DNA from: Adineta vaga
Taxonomy: Eukaryota; Animalia; Rotifera
Length of the DNA: 64,000 nucleotides
Reading direction: 5' to 3'
NCBI GenBank assembly: GCA_021613535.1
Contig: CP075492.1
Coordinates: 186,001 to 250,000, forward strand
Shown: one piece after another, positions 39,501 through 52,200 of the stretch
How positions within the stretch are numbered: position 1 is the stretch's first letter
Layout: every line of letters begins with the position of its first letter
Translations under genes and position numbers: made by a program
The notes under the pieces: generated by a model
Told to the model about the DNA's origin: nothing
Databases searched by the model: none
What the model saw: only the letters and a program-made list of their open reading frames with translations

Positions 39501-40514
39501 TTCTTCAATCATTAATTCATTTAAAAGCATTTTAATTGTTGAATTTAATGAAAAATATTTGAATGACGTGTTTGATAATAGTTGAATATTTCTCGGTAAT
39601 GATGAATGTAAGAGAGAAAAACATGTTTGATTATAATAACATTCAAGTGTTGAAGAAAGTGTTGCATCAATTATTAAACAATCGATGATCATTCCAGGTA
39701 TTGCAATCGAATCATCATCATCATTAATAAATGTAGCAGAACGTGGACAACCTTCGATATTTAAACAAGAACAATTGTCAAATATTCGAGGTGCTGTTTG
39801 AACAGAACCAGATGGATGAGAAAAAAAATAATAATTTGTTTGTAAACCAGAAAGAATTTGATTTCCACTTATCATTCGATGAATAATAAGTAAATTACGA
39901 TTCATTGTCATTTGCGATAATTCTTTTTGATTTTTAAGAGTTGTTTGAACGTGAAATTGAAGAGTTTCTTCATTAAATGCAGTTGAACTAAGAATACGTG
40001 ATGCATTAAAATTTGCGAGAGTATCATCCCAACTTTTTCGACTTGCATTACATAATCCTGCGATTGTTTGCCAAAAAAAGATTAAAGTAACACGAAAATC
40101 ATCGATTGAATGAATTGAAATGTTTGTATTTGTAAATATCATATCAAACCAATTTTGTTCAATAAATTGACTTGAACAAACTTCATGAAATCGAACTTGT
40201 GTTGTCACAAATGTTTGATAATTTATGGCATATTTTGAACATGGACAATTCAAAGTATTTGAATATGCATTGGCTAATTGTAAAAATCTTGTATGGGAAG
40301 GTTTGCTTTCAGTTTGCTCGATCGTTCGGAACATAAATAAGGTAATAGTTGTGATTGATATTAAAGATATTATTAATGAATATACGTAAATACGAGTTGC
40401 AATTTGTTCTTTCAAAAGTGTTCCATCGGTACTTAAAGAATTTTTAAAAAGGTTTAATTGAAGAAATGATTGCCAAAACTTTTTGACTAAGTTGGATACC
40501 GTTTGAAATGCCAT
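36512..40514 (-). CDS. ~1296-aa membrane protein of three tandem TM-(Cys-rich ectodomain)-TM units; introns 39198..39256 and 37432..37484
   Basis: Three ORFs join in frame through GT-AG introns of 59 and 53 nt. Each unit reads LNLF...TR-TM...CPC...H(E/Q)VC...CSC...C...Y..C....C(S/T)Y-TM with (G/A)GL. Confidence 0.85.
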
Positions 40515-41493
40515 AGACTTTTCGTGGAGATTTTCTTTAATACCTGTGTATATTTTTATAAGAAAACAGATTTTTCATCACCACTTACATCGTATAAGAA
40601 TGATGAATTAATGAAAAGCTGATTACGTTTTTTACTAATGCTTATGAACAGAATTATTTAATCCTCGTAATGCATCTTTCAAGATAAATTATACCAACTG
40701 TTCAGTTATTTTATTCTCTTATTTTATCAATGGATCAACTTTCTTGTGAAAGAAACATAATGCAATCTAAAAAAAACATTGCTGACGTGTAGAATAACAA
40801 GAATAATAATGGTTACCATTTGCTACCTAAATATTATTGGAACTTTATCAATAAAGATTTTTGTTTCTGTATATTTTCCTCTGATATCGGGAATGAAACA
40901 AATACTTCCTGTTTTATCACAGAAGAGAGAGCCTGTGAATGTTGATATCATCGTTAATGTTTAATTTCAATATCACCCACAACCTCAATATACCCGAGCA
41001 GACAAGAATCGTTAAAAACGCGTGAAAACTCTATAAAAATTTTCGCCGTGTTTCTCTATCAATCGCGGTCCTCGATTGTTAGCTAGAAACGTCAGAAATA
41101 AAAGTCCGAGAAAACGCAAAAAAAAAAGTTACTGAAATATTTTTCTCTGAATATTCCATGACTTTTTCGCAGCATAATATCTCTCATTTTTCTTGCCGTG
41201 TGTTTCTATCAGTCGGGGACCGCATTTGCCATCCATACCCGAAGTATAAATAGAAGCGTTCAAACTCCGTTTTTATACATAAGTGTATCTGTCAACATTT
41301 TTTTTCCAAAACGATTTTCGAAATGCTCTGTAGATATTCCCTGCAACAAAATTTTCTCGTATACTTTACCAACTGTTCTCACCGTCAAAAACGTTAGAAA
41401 TATTTTATGCAGAATGTAAATAAACCAAATCACCTGCGTAGTTCAACCATTCGATACACCATACCTAAATACATAAATTCAACTCACAAAGGT

Positions 41494-44400
41494 CCCTCGA
41501 CTGTAAGGAGGGTCATATGAAAAAAAATAGTTTGTCTGTCTGTCTGTTTGTGTCAGGGCCAAAGGTCAAAAAAACATTTGAATCTAAAATCATTCCACAC
41601 TTTGAAAACTTCTAATATAGTGGAGCTAGAACGAGTGGGGATGAAGGGTGGTGAAGCTGGGTGTGGGTGTGGGGTGAAGCCATTGGTGGGTGTATAGGCG
41701 TGGGTGGCGATGTTGGGCGAAGCGATTGGTGGGTATAGGTGTGGGCGAATGGAAACGATGATCGGCGGCTCTAGTCCCTGAGTTTCAGGATTTTAGTTAA
41801 ATTTCGTTTTAGTTGGTGTTGAGTTGTTTGTAATGGAATATGAAGTTGATGTGGGGTTCGGATGGCTAGGAGTGGCGTTAGAACGCAGTTGGAGTGGCTA
41901 GGATGTTCCAACTTTGATTCAACTGTAGCTGATCTTAGGAGCAATAGAAGAACTACAAATAATTTATGTATTGCCGTAGCTAAATGCAGTGTAAGCGGAA
42001 AATAGAGATGTCAAGGAATACATTAGCTAAATTTACTTGGGTCAAATGTAATCCTAATCCATTTAGTTAAACGTATTAAATCTATTGGAAATTTTGCAAA
42101 GACAAAGAAATAGAACGTCGGCAAGTAGCATATGATTATTATTGGTGCTCGTAGTGGAGTAAATTTAGGTTAATGTTAAAAATATTCTTTCGAAGTTGAG
42201 TGTTTACTCCAGTTGGATTGATAAATCGGAGTTGGAGTGGAGTTGCTTGCTCGGGAGTGGCCTATTTGTGGATGGAATAAGGAGTGGTCTCGTCGTAGTG
42301 AAGTTGATGGGTTGAATTATGTAGATTTGGGTGTTGGTGTCGGGAAAAAGATACTGGCCGAGAGGATACTGAGATTGGTGAGTGACGTTGTATAATACAG
42401 AAGCAAATAGTGCATTAAATAAACTTTTACAACATATTAAAACTGTCGGTGGTCGAGTTATGGCATCAGCATATTCTAGAACGGCCTTACGTACTCGTAT
42501 ACATGCACTTATTTTTAATCAAGGTTTACCGAGTATATTTCTTACCATAAATCCAGCCGACATTCATAGTCCTGTAGCATTGTATTTTGCTGGTGTTCAA
42601 CTCAATCTTGATCAAATTAAAGATGAAAAGCTTATGGATACTTATCAAAGAGCCGAAATTATAGCATCTCATCCTGTTGCTACTGTCAAATTTTTCCACT
42701 TATTGATTACCAATATCTTAGATACTATGATAATGGGTGGAGTTCTTGGACCAATAAAGGCTTATTTTGGTACAGTCGAAAGTCAAGGCCGAGGTTCACT
42801 TCACTTACATCTTCTTATTTGGCTTGATCATGATATGAAACCAGCTGATATGAAAGAAAAAATTCAAGATGCTACTTTTCGTAACAAGTTAATAGCATAT
42901 TTAGAAGATATCAACAAAGAAGATTTAGAAGATATCAACAAAGAAGATTTAGATGATTTCAAAGAGAAATAAGTCATCGAATCTTCTGACGGTATGAAAT
43001 ATATTTATTTTATTGAATTGTTCATCTTTCTTTATTTATAGTAGAACTACAACCATCGCAAAATAATATTTATAATGCTTTACGTACTATTGATTTGACA
43101 GGTGCTGTAGAAAATACACATCGGTCGCCTCTTTTTTCAACACCAACTAAGCAGCATTTACCTTCACCATCAATTCCATATAGATCTCCAGTAGCAAGTT
43201 CATTGCCACGAACACCAACACATGATCGATCTGCAATTGGTACGTTACAATAAAATTTTATAAAAATAAAATATTTATTAGTATTTTCAGATACGAATGT
43301 GTCATCTAATCAATCGAAATTACCGCCAGCCTGTTTACCCACTCCAAATCCATCGTCGCCTAATTTTCGATCAAAATTTCGTGCACATGTAGCACAAGTT
43401 GCTGAATCTAGCAATACTCATAAGCACTATGACGCATGCTATAAATACTGCAAGGATGGTAAGAGGATTTGTCGATCAATTATGCCACGAAAAAAGGTAC
43501 CAGTATCAACAATCGATCCAGAAACTGGTGGTATTTCGATGAAACGATCGGATCCATGGATGAATAATTTCAATGACTATATTATCTCAGCTTGTCGATC
43601 CAATATGGATATTAAATTTATTTGGACTGGAAATGATACCAAAGCTTTAGTCTATTATATTACTGATTATGTCACAAAAATGAGTCTCTCATTTCATGAT
43701 ACATTTTCTCTTGTTCAAAAAAGTATTACATCATTACAAAATCCAAACAACCCAACCGACACGGAAAATGTCATTGAGAAATCACGTAAACTCGTTTTAC
43801 GTTGTTATAATGCATTTGCTTCACAACAAGAATTATCTGGTGTGCAAGTTGCTTCTTATCTCATGAATTGGGACGACCATTATACAACACATAAGTTTCA
43901 AGGTCTTTATTTGATTCAAACCGAACGATTTTTACAAAGTGAATTAAATGAAATGCGTGCTAAACAAAATCTTCAATCAACATCGCAGGGTAAGTCTAAT
44001 TAATTCCTTTTATATGTTTATTATTTAATTGACTCTCATACCGTGACAATCTTTTTTTTCTATATGTTAGGCGTGAGAGACGCATAGAGAGAGAGAGAGG
44101 AGAGGAAGAGAGAAGAGAGAAGGAGAAAAAGAAAGAAGGAAGCGAAAAAGAAAAAGAGATAGCGATAGGCTCAAATTGAACATAAGGAAAGTTGACCAAT
44201 AACAATTGATTAGCCGCACACGCATATGTTAAGACAGAAAGGAAAGAGGAATGATAGGAAGAAGGATAACGTTCAATATACAAACAATCAATCTGTGAAA
44301 AATTAAAGGAAAAAGAAAAGGAAACAAGCAGCTTAATACATATTTGAAGCGAAGTCATCAATAAGTCATGTTCGATGAGAAGGTGTTAATGTGATCTCAG

Positions 44401-47400
44401 TACTGTTTCTATAGATAAATATCGAAAAGCAAGTTGAATTATACGAAGATGATTACTTATTGATATATAAAATGATGAAGCAATTCATTTGTGATAATTA
44501 AAAAATGCATGTTTTTTTCATATATAGATGCGATTGATGATGAAGATGTGTTTGATAATGGAGCAATTAACGATGAAAACAACGATGAAGAACATTTTCA
44601 AGTTCAACCGGCGGAAGATAAAAACAATTTTATTCTTGTTAACACACGCATTGATTATCAATACCGTTCAGACATTCTCAACAGCACATGTTTATACGAT
44701 TTTGTCAGTACACTTTACAAGAAAAAAATCAATGAAGCTGATTTAAAATATTTATCGAAGTCTTCCACAACAGAAAAATGACAGGATAATCAAAGAGGTC
44801 GACCATCAAATGAACGTTTTTCTTTTCAAAAAGATCATCCTCAAGCAACAACACATATTCTAATGAAATACAGTCAACTCCATGTACCTGTTCTTTATGG
44901 TCCGCATATTCCTCGGCAAGACCGTGATGATACTCGAGAACGATACAATCGAGCACTTCTCACACTTTTTGTACCATGGCGCAATGCATTTGATCTCTGT
45001 GACGTCAATGAAACGTGGGAAGATGCTTTTGAATATCGAAAAAATCTTATTTCTGCTCATTCGTGGAAGATTATAGAAAATATTCAACTTTTACATGAAT
45101 ATAAAAAAGATTGTGATGAACATCTACTTCAAGTTATTGCTGAAGCACAAACCGAGAATGATTTAATTGATCCTGTATTGTTACCATCAAATCAAGGTGC
45201 TGATGGTGAATACGAAGTAGATGACATCGACGACTTAATTCAATTAATAGGCAATGTAGACGAGTTTACAACTGCTGCAATTAATGCCACGAAAAAATCA
45301 ACAGAAAATGTCTATCTTCGAGAGACTGCTGAAGCTGTCGAAAAGGTTGGACGTTTCGATCGTATGATTCGTAAGTGTTAATTGTTTTATGAATCATATC
45401 ATTCAAACAAAAATATAAATTGTTTTAGAGCAAGATCAACATGTTTCAAATACGGGTATTGATCGACAAATTGTATCGTTTATTTCGCAACGTCTAATCT
45501 AATTAAACTTAATTCAAAATGGCAAGATCAGTTGAAGATTGAAAAAGAACGAATTAGACGCAGTTTGATTTCGGGCAAAGATAACAATGATGATGATACA
45601 TTAAATTTTGATGATGTAACCAACGCCGTTGTAACCGTAGTCAATCCATGTGATAATCGAACTGATTTCGAAAAAAATACATCAATTCCTCCAGTACTTG
45701 TAGTTAGAAACAATTACTCAACTCAAAGCAGCATCATTGATGAATTTACATTGAACAAAGAGCAAAAAGCTGCATTCTTGATAATAACAAGTCATCTCGA
45801 CGGTGATAGTCAATGTCGTACAGGTATTTCCATGAAATAAATCATTACTTCTTTGATTCAATAATCTATTTTAGGTGACAATAATGGTCAACTCATTATG
45901 TGTGTACCTGGATGTGGTGGAACGGGCAAATCACAATTGATTCGTGCTCTTACAAAATATTTTCTTGTTACAAAAAGAATGCAAATGATGCGAAAACTTG
46001 CACCTACCGGAATTGCAGCTGCTGAAATTGATGGCATGACAATTCATTCATTTTTAGGTGAACAACGTAATTCAGGAAAGCCACGTACCATCAAACCAGG
46101 TGATTCCAAACTTGAAAACGAATGGAGACCTGTTGAATACCTTTTAATTGATGAAATGAGTATGGTTGGCTTAACATTATTAGGAAAACTCAATAGAATC
46201 ATTTGCTCTGCCAAACATGTTGATGTTCAAGTTTCATTTGGTGGTGTGAACGTAATCTTCTTTGGTGATTATTTACAATATCGACCTGTTTATGATTCAC
46301 CATTGCATACTGATTTTTCTTTACCATCAAGAGAGAAACAAGGCAAAGTACTATCTGAAAAAGAAATACAACAACGCGTTGCACGCTCTTGCGTTCTCCA
46401 AATGAATTGTGTTGTCAAACTTAGTCAACAGATGCGAACAGAAGATTTACGATATCTTCAATTACTCGATCGGCTTCGTCAAGGTCAATGCAATTATGAC
46501 GATTACGAATTATTGCAAGCACGAGTTGTCGGACAACCATCAATAGAATCTCTACATGATTCACCATGGAACAAAGTAAACCAACTTTTTCATATAAAGA
46601 AAGAACTATTTTCATCTTTTTCAGGCGCCTATTCTCGTGTTTCGAAATGAAGTTCGCACACAATTAAACAACAAAGCTGCAATTCACAATGCAACACAAA
46701 CAGGACATCCACCGATGGTATGCGTCGCTCAAGACACATGTAAAGGCAAAGCAATCAAAGATCCAATGTTGCTTAAGAAATTATTAGAACTATCTGACAG
46801 CAAGACAGAGCATTTACCTGGTCTATTACCTTTTGTACCAGGTATGCCTGTCATTTTAACGCAAAATATTGCTACTGAATTAGGTCTTATCAATGGTATT
46901 AACGGAATATTTCGACAATTGGTATATCATGAAGATTCGGTATCAACAGGAAATCTATCGGAGGTGTTTCCGAATACTACATAATATATTTGTCGACCAA
47001 TATATGCTTTAATTGAGATTGTTAAATCGAAGATTGAATGCAAACTTCAAGATCTTCAAACAAAACTTATATCAATTCCACTTGTAGAACAAACATTTCA
47101 GGTTGACGTTGCTGGTCTTATTCCAAAAGATAAGAAACCAAAATCAAATCAAAAGACAATTCTATCAATTAAACGATCTGCATTACCACTTGTACCTGCT
47201 TATTGTATTACAACACATAAAAGTCAAGGTCAAACATTGAGCAAAGTGGTTATTGATTTAAAATTACCAAATGAAACGGATGATATTGCAGCAGTCTACG
47301 TGCCATTATCTCGCGTAAAACGTTTGGTCGATTTAGCTATTCTACGGCCATTTGATTATAAAGTTTTGCTGATGAAACCATCTTTTAATAAATCTCAAGT

Positions 47401-47908
47401 TAACGAAATGGAAAGACTCGATCAGCTGTTTTTGAAAACACGATCACGTTTTCCGGAATGGTTTCAATAAATCATACATTTAATAAGAGAGCTCTTACTG
47501 ATTTTATCAATTTTTACAATAGACAATTTGTATTTTCCATAAATTTCATTATCTTTCATTAAATTAGGAAATTTGTACATTTGAATGTTCTTTAAAACCG
47601 AGACGATTTTACTTTCTGAATATGTTGTGTATATTTACACAGTTATTGATTTTTTTCTGCTCATTTTGCTTTGTTTCTATCAAATATAAAATAAATTTTT
47701 GTTATACAGTTGATTACGAAAATTCTGGAACAAATGTTTTCAAGCGTAATTTGAATTAGACTTCCAAGATCATAAACTAAAAAAAGGACTATGACAAGTA
47801 CATAATAGTCAAATTCAAATTATTATGAATAACTTCAGCAAGAGAAAACGTTTACTGTTAGTCATTCAGTCGAGGGTTAAGCGAGTCTGCTTCGACGAGC
47901 GTTACTAG
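41494..47908 (+). mobile_element. Helentron/Helitron2-type rolling-circle transposon, decayed
   Basis: Subterminal IR CCCTCGACTG (41494) / CAGTCGAGGG (47867-47876), (GTCT)n near the 5' end, 3' stem-loop, encloses RepHel. Confidence 0.8.
42382..47470 (+). pseudogene. Rep/PIF1-helicase (RepHel), spliced, with stops and frameshifts
   Basis: FLTINP, VESQGRGSLHLHLL (HUH), YITDYVTK, GCGGTGKS, APTGIAA, LIDEMSMV, FGDYLQ, QQMR, AYCITTHKSQG, YVPLSRV. In-frame stops at ~42970 and ~46982. Confidence 0.9.
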
Positions 47909-49237
47909 TTATTTGACATGTAGATAGACTTTAATATGGATATATAGAGTAATCTAAAAGTCTTGATACCTCTTAGAAATTCAATTCTCTTCACTGTTAT
48001 AATAAATGAAGAGAAGCTGAAAATTGGACTGATAATCTATTAGTCAGTGATTGATTATAGATTTTTTTTCTACTTTATATATTTGGTTTATAATAAACGA
48101 TGTTTTAATTCTAATTTTCTATTTTAATTTTTGTTTTCTAGTGACTACTGAGAAAATAAATATTGAGATAAACATTATTAAACTATTATTTCTTTTAGAC
48201 TATATTTATTTATTACATTAAACTTTTTATCATTAGTTTGACATAGAATACTAGAACGTTTTCATATCCATATACATAATCGATCAAAGGTAAAATTGTA
48301 TCTATTAGAAGGTATATAATGCTTCTTATATATCTGAAAAAAAACGCCTGATTTTCATCCTAACTTCGAAGTAAATTCCGCCTGACAAACACCGTTTTTT
48401 TTCTCCAAAATCTCTGATGTTTGAAATTTGGATTTACTAAACTTGGTAGCGAATAACCACTAGTGACGGATCGAAGAGCGCAGAGAACCGATTGTAAAGT
48501 CAATGATTCGATATAAATATATACGAAGATACTTTGAGGAAACATAGGAGTGATGCTGAGAGTTAAGAAGATCAACTCGACAAGTATTATTTATTAATAT
48601 ATTTTACAAAGCTGTGCAATATCAATAAAATCGATTGATTTCCAAGAATTTCTTTATTCATAATATTTCATATTTTTATGAGATATTTTTTATATAATTG
48701 TTCATATAGCTTCTTCAAATAATATTCAGTGTTATCATTAATAATTTTATTAATATCGACATCTCCATAATTCATAGATTGTAATTCATTGATATTTCTA
48801 TAGCTATTTGTGACGATTAATTGTGTTAAGATATACGAAATGAAGAGATAATCTGTGTATCCTTTTATTTCATCTAAAAATATCGCATCTATACCGTATT
48901 TCCCACATCCTTATATAGTACTTGGAAGACACAGTATCACTCTACAAAAAACAATAGTCTCCACAGTTAAATTATAAAGACGAGGTGTTGAAATATGACG
49001 TACAAGCAGAGAAGAGAAAGTGAAATATGAAATAGATAACATGGTGTGTAAGAATAGATCATTATATGTGTTTGAAGGAAGAAAAGAAGAAGAAAAAGAA
49101 ATGTATAAGTGATTTGAGATAAAAATCAACATTTGTATACATGCACATGTCTTAGAATATATGAGGAGAAAAAGCAAAAAAAAATTTATAATCGTTTATA
49201 TCGTCACATTATTTGCAACCCATTAATTTCACACCCA

Positions 49238-52200
49238 TTATTCATCAATATCATCATCACTTGGCAAACGATTAAGTGCATTATCATGAACAATTGTTGT
49301 CGGTTGTGATGATGATTTATTTGGCACAAAGAGCCCTACGAGGAAAAAATAAAAATTAACAAGATGAAAGAAAAAAGATATTATTTCAATTATAAATAAA
49401 TTTAATTGTGCATTGATAAGTGACTTACGTGCAGGAAGGCCCTTCCATTGAGTATTCGATGGTAATACGTCGTTTTTCATAACCAATGTGCCTGGATAGA
49501 GTCGATTATTATCCATTACTTTACAGCCTGCCATTACAAGTGAACCACTCATAAATATACACGAGTTACCAACTGAAACCGGTGCTAGTTTTAGAACACG
49601 CTGCTCAAAACTATGACACTAAAGCAATTATAGAGAAAAAATATTTAAATGCAAATAATAAAATGATCATATTTTACTTGGATCTGAACATGTTTATGAA
49701 GTCGAACATTATTTTCAATAGTTATTAGATGATAGTCAGTAAGACAAGAAACATCAGGTACAACGACATTTTCCCCAATATGTGCGCCACATAGACGGAA
49801 GAAACGAATTAACCACTGTGTGTTACCAAGAAATGGACAAACGAATTCTGTATAATCTTGTATCAATCCTCCTGCTATTTCTTCTACTATTTGATAATTT
49901 ATATACGAATTATATCGAGTGAGAGTACAAATAAGTATGGTATGAATGACTAATCCGCCAATGAAACCACTTAATGAATAAATAGTTATTATAATACATT
50001 TAATAATGAAATAAATGAAACATGTACGCCCAATTGGAATAATTTCAATTTGATCTGTTGTCGTCGGATGTAGAGGCATTTCAAATGGCATGCAGTGACC
50101 AGGAACACCAATGAAAACATTTCCTTCTGTACTATGTGTTTCTCGAGAGATACGTGTGAGATTACCAATCATTGTTTGAGATGCAAGATGACTACCAGGT
50201 AAAATTGAACATCCATTAGCAAGATTTGCATGGGATCCAAGTGTTATACGATCGACACAATAATCACCAGATAGTGTTAGTTCAGCAGGAACTAATAATA
50301 CTCCACCAAAAGTAGTAACTCCTGTTTTAATTGTCAAAAGATTCGTTGGATAAGATAAGAAAGTATTTATTTGAGCAAGTTTAACGTTATCTTCAATGTG
50401 ACCACCTAACCAACGAAGTATCGAAGAATAAAAATGATTATATCCGGATGGTAATAACCAAGCATGTTGAAAACTAGATACAATTAATTGGCGAACCCAT
50501 AATTTATGTAAAAATGGCCATGAAGCAATTGCAAACGTTTCACCTGCGGTACAAGTACCAACTATGAACTTAAGTAGAATAAGAGAAACCAAACAACCAA
50601 GAATTGACCATAATGTCCAACAAAATGCAATACTTATAGTCAATGACATCGGTATAATTGTATACACTTTAAAGACAATAATTAAAAGTATATAATGAAT
50701 CAAACTTATTAGTAAAAGTAGAATAGTTTGGAAAAGTTTATGCCATATTGAAAATGTTCTATTATTATGTTTATTTATATCATTTGATAAAGAAGATTTA
50801 TATTGTTCGCCATCAATAATTGTTTGAGATCTAACAAAGCCAGTAACTGATGACATTGGTTGAACAATAATATTATTTTGCATATTAACTTCATTAAATA
50901 GAACTGATCTTGAACCAACTGAACAATTAGAACCAATTTTGATGGGATATAATATAAAAGTATTATTGTCATTATAATATAAACAATTGAGAATTGTATG
51001 ATCACCAATCCATGTTTCATCGTTAATGTCTAATGACCATGGAGCATCCATAGCTGTAGTATAAATATGTGTATTTCGGCCAATACGTGCACCACAAAGA
51101 CGAAGATAATAATTGTAAAATGATGTTCCAGTTATATGTTGTAACCAAAATCTATTATTCTCCCATAATCTATCTAAAAACCACCATCGATAATAATTCG
51201 CAGAAAATGCTATATAATTTTTCTTGTTTTCAAATGCGAGTATACGTGAACAAATAACATAGAACAGAAGATGAATTGTTGGCATAAATAAAAACACATG
51301 TGGATACCATCGAAAACTCAGCATAAATGGCCATAACCATAGACATATGAGAAGTACAATGCCTATAGATTCTACAAAAAATGAAGGTCGATAGCATATA
51401 TATGCCATACGATCTCGTTCTTCTGTAACAATTGCTTCTTGTAATTCACTTGACTGATTCAATAAAGGCTCTATTGCTTTAGCTAATTCTCGAATAGATG
51501 GATTAGAAAATAACAAAACTATATCAATGCTTCCACATATTTTTTGACGAATTAAAGTCAGTGCGAACATAGCATTCAATGATGTTCCACCCAGTTGACC
51601 GAAAGGAACCATGATGGAAGGGGATTCAATATGAAAAGCTTCGCAATAAATATCTTGCAACTGATGTTCCAAAGTTGATAGGGGGACTCTATCATCATAC
51701 TCACTGACGGATGATGAAAAATCAGGTGAGGGTAAATGTTTTCGATCAATTTTTCCATTTGGATTGAGAGGTAATTTATCAAGAATAATGAAATAAGATG
51801 GAATCATATGCGGTGGAAGATGTGATTGACAATATTCATGTAATTCTTTTTCACTAACGACTGAACTTTGAACATAAGCAACTAAATGATCTTCACCCCA
51901 TTTCACCACAACACAAGTAGATATCGATGTAATACTAAGTAGGCATCGTTCAATTTCACCAAGTTCAATTCTTTGTCCATGTAGTTTGACTTGGAAATCT
52001 TTCCTTCCTTGATAGATTAAGTTACCGTTGAAATCCATTTTAACCATATCACCTGTACGATAATTAATATCGCCATCGATTTCGATAAGTGCTTGTGCTG
52101 TCAGATCATCACGGTCAAGATAACCAGCAAAGATACCAACTCCGCGAATTATAACTTCACCTTCTTGGCCAGTTAATATAGGTTGACCAAAGCAGTCGAT

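Noticed and set aside
40993-41230. CCCGAG-start transposon end
   Set aside because: No partner terminus identified in the window.
41650-41750. Telomeric repeat tract
   Set aside because: G-rich but irregular, with no consistent tandem unit.
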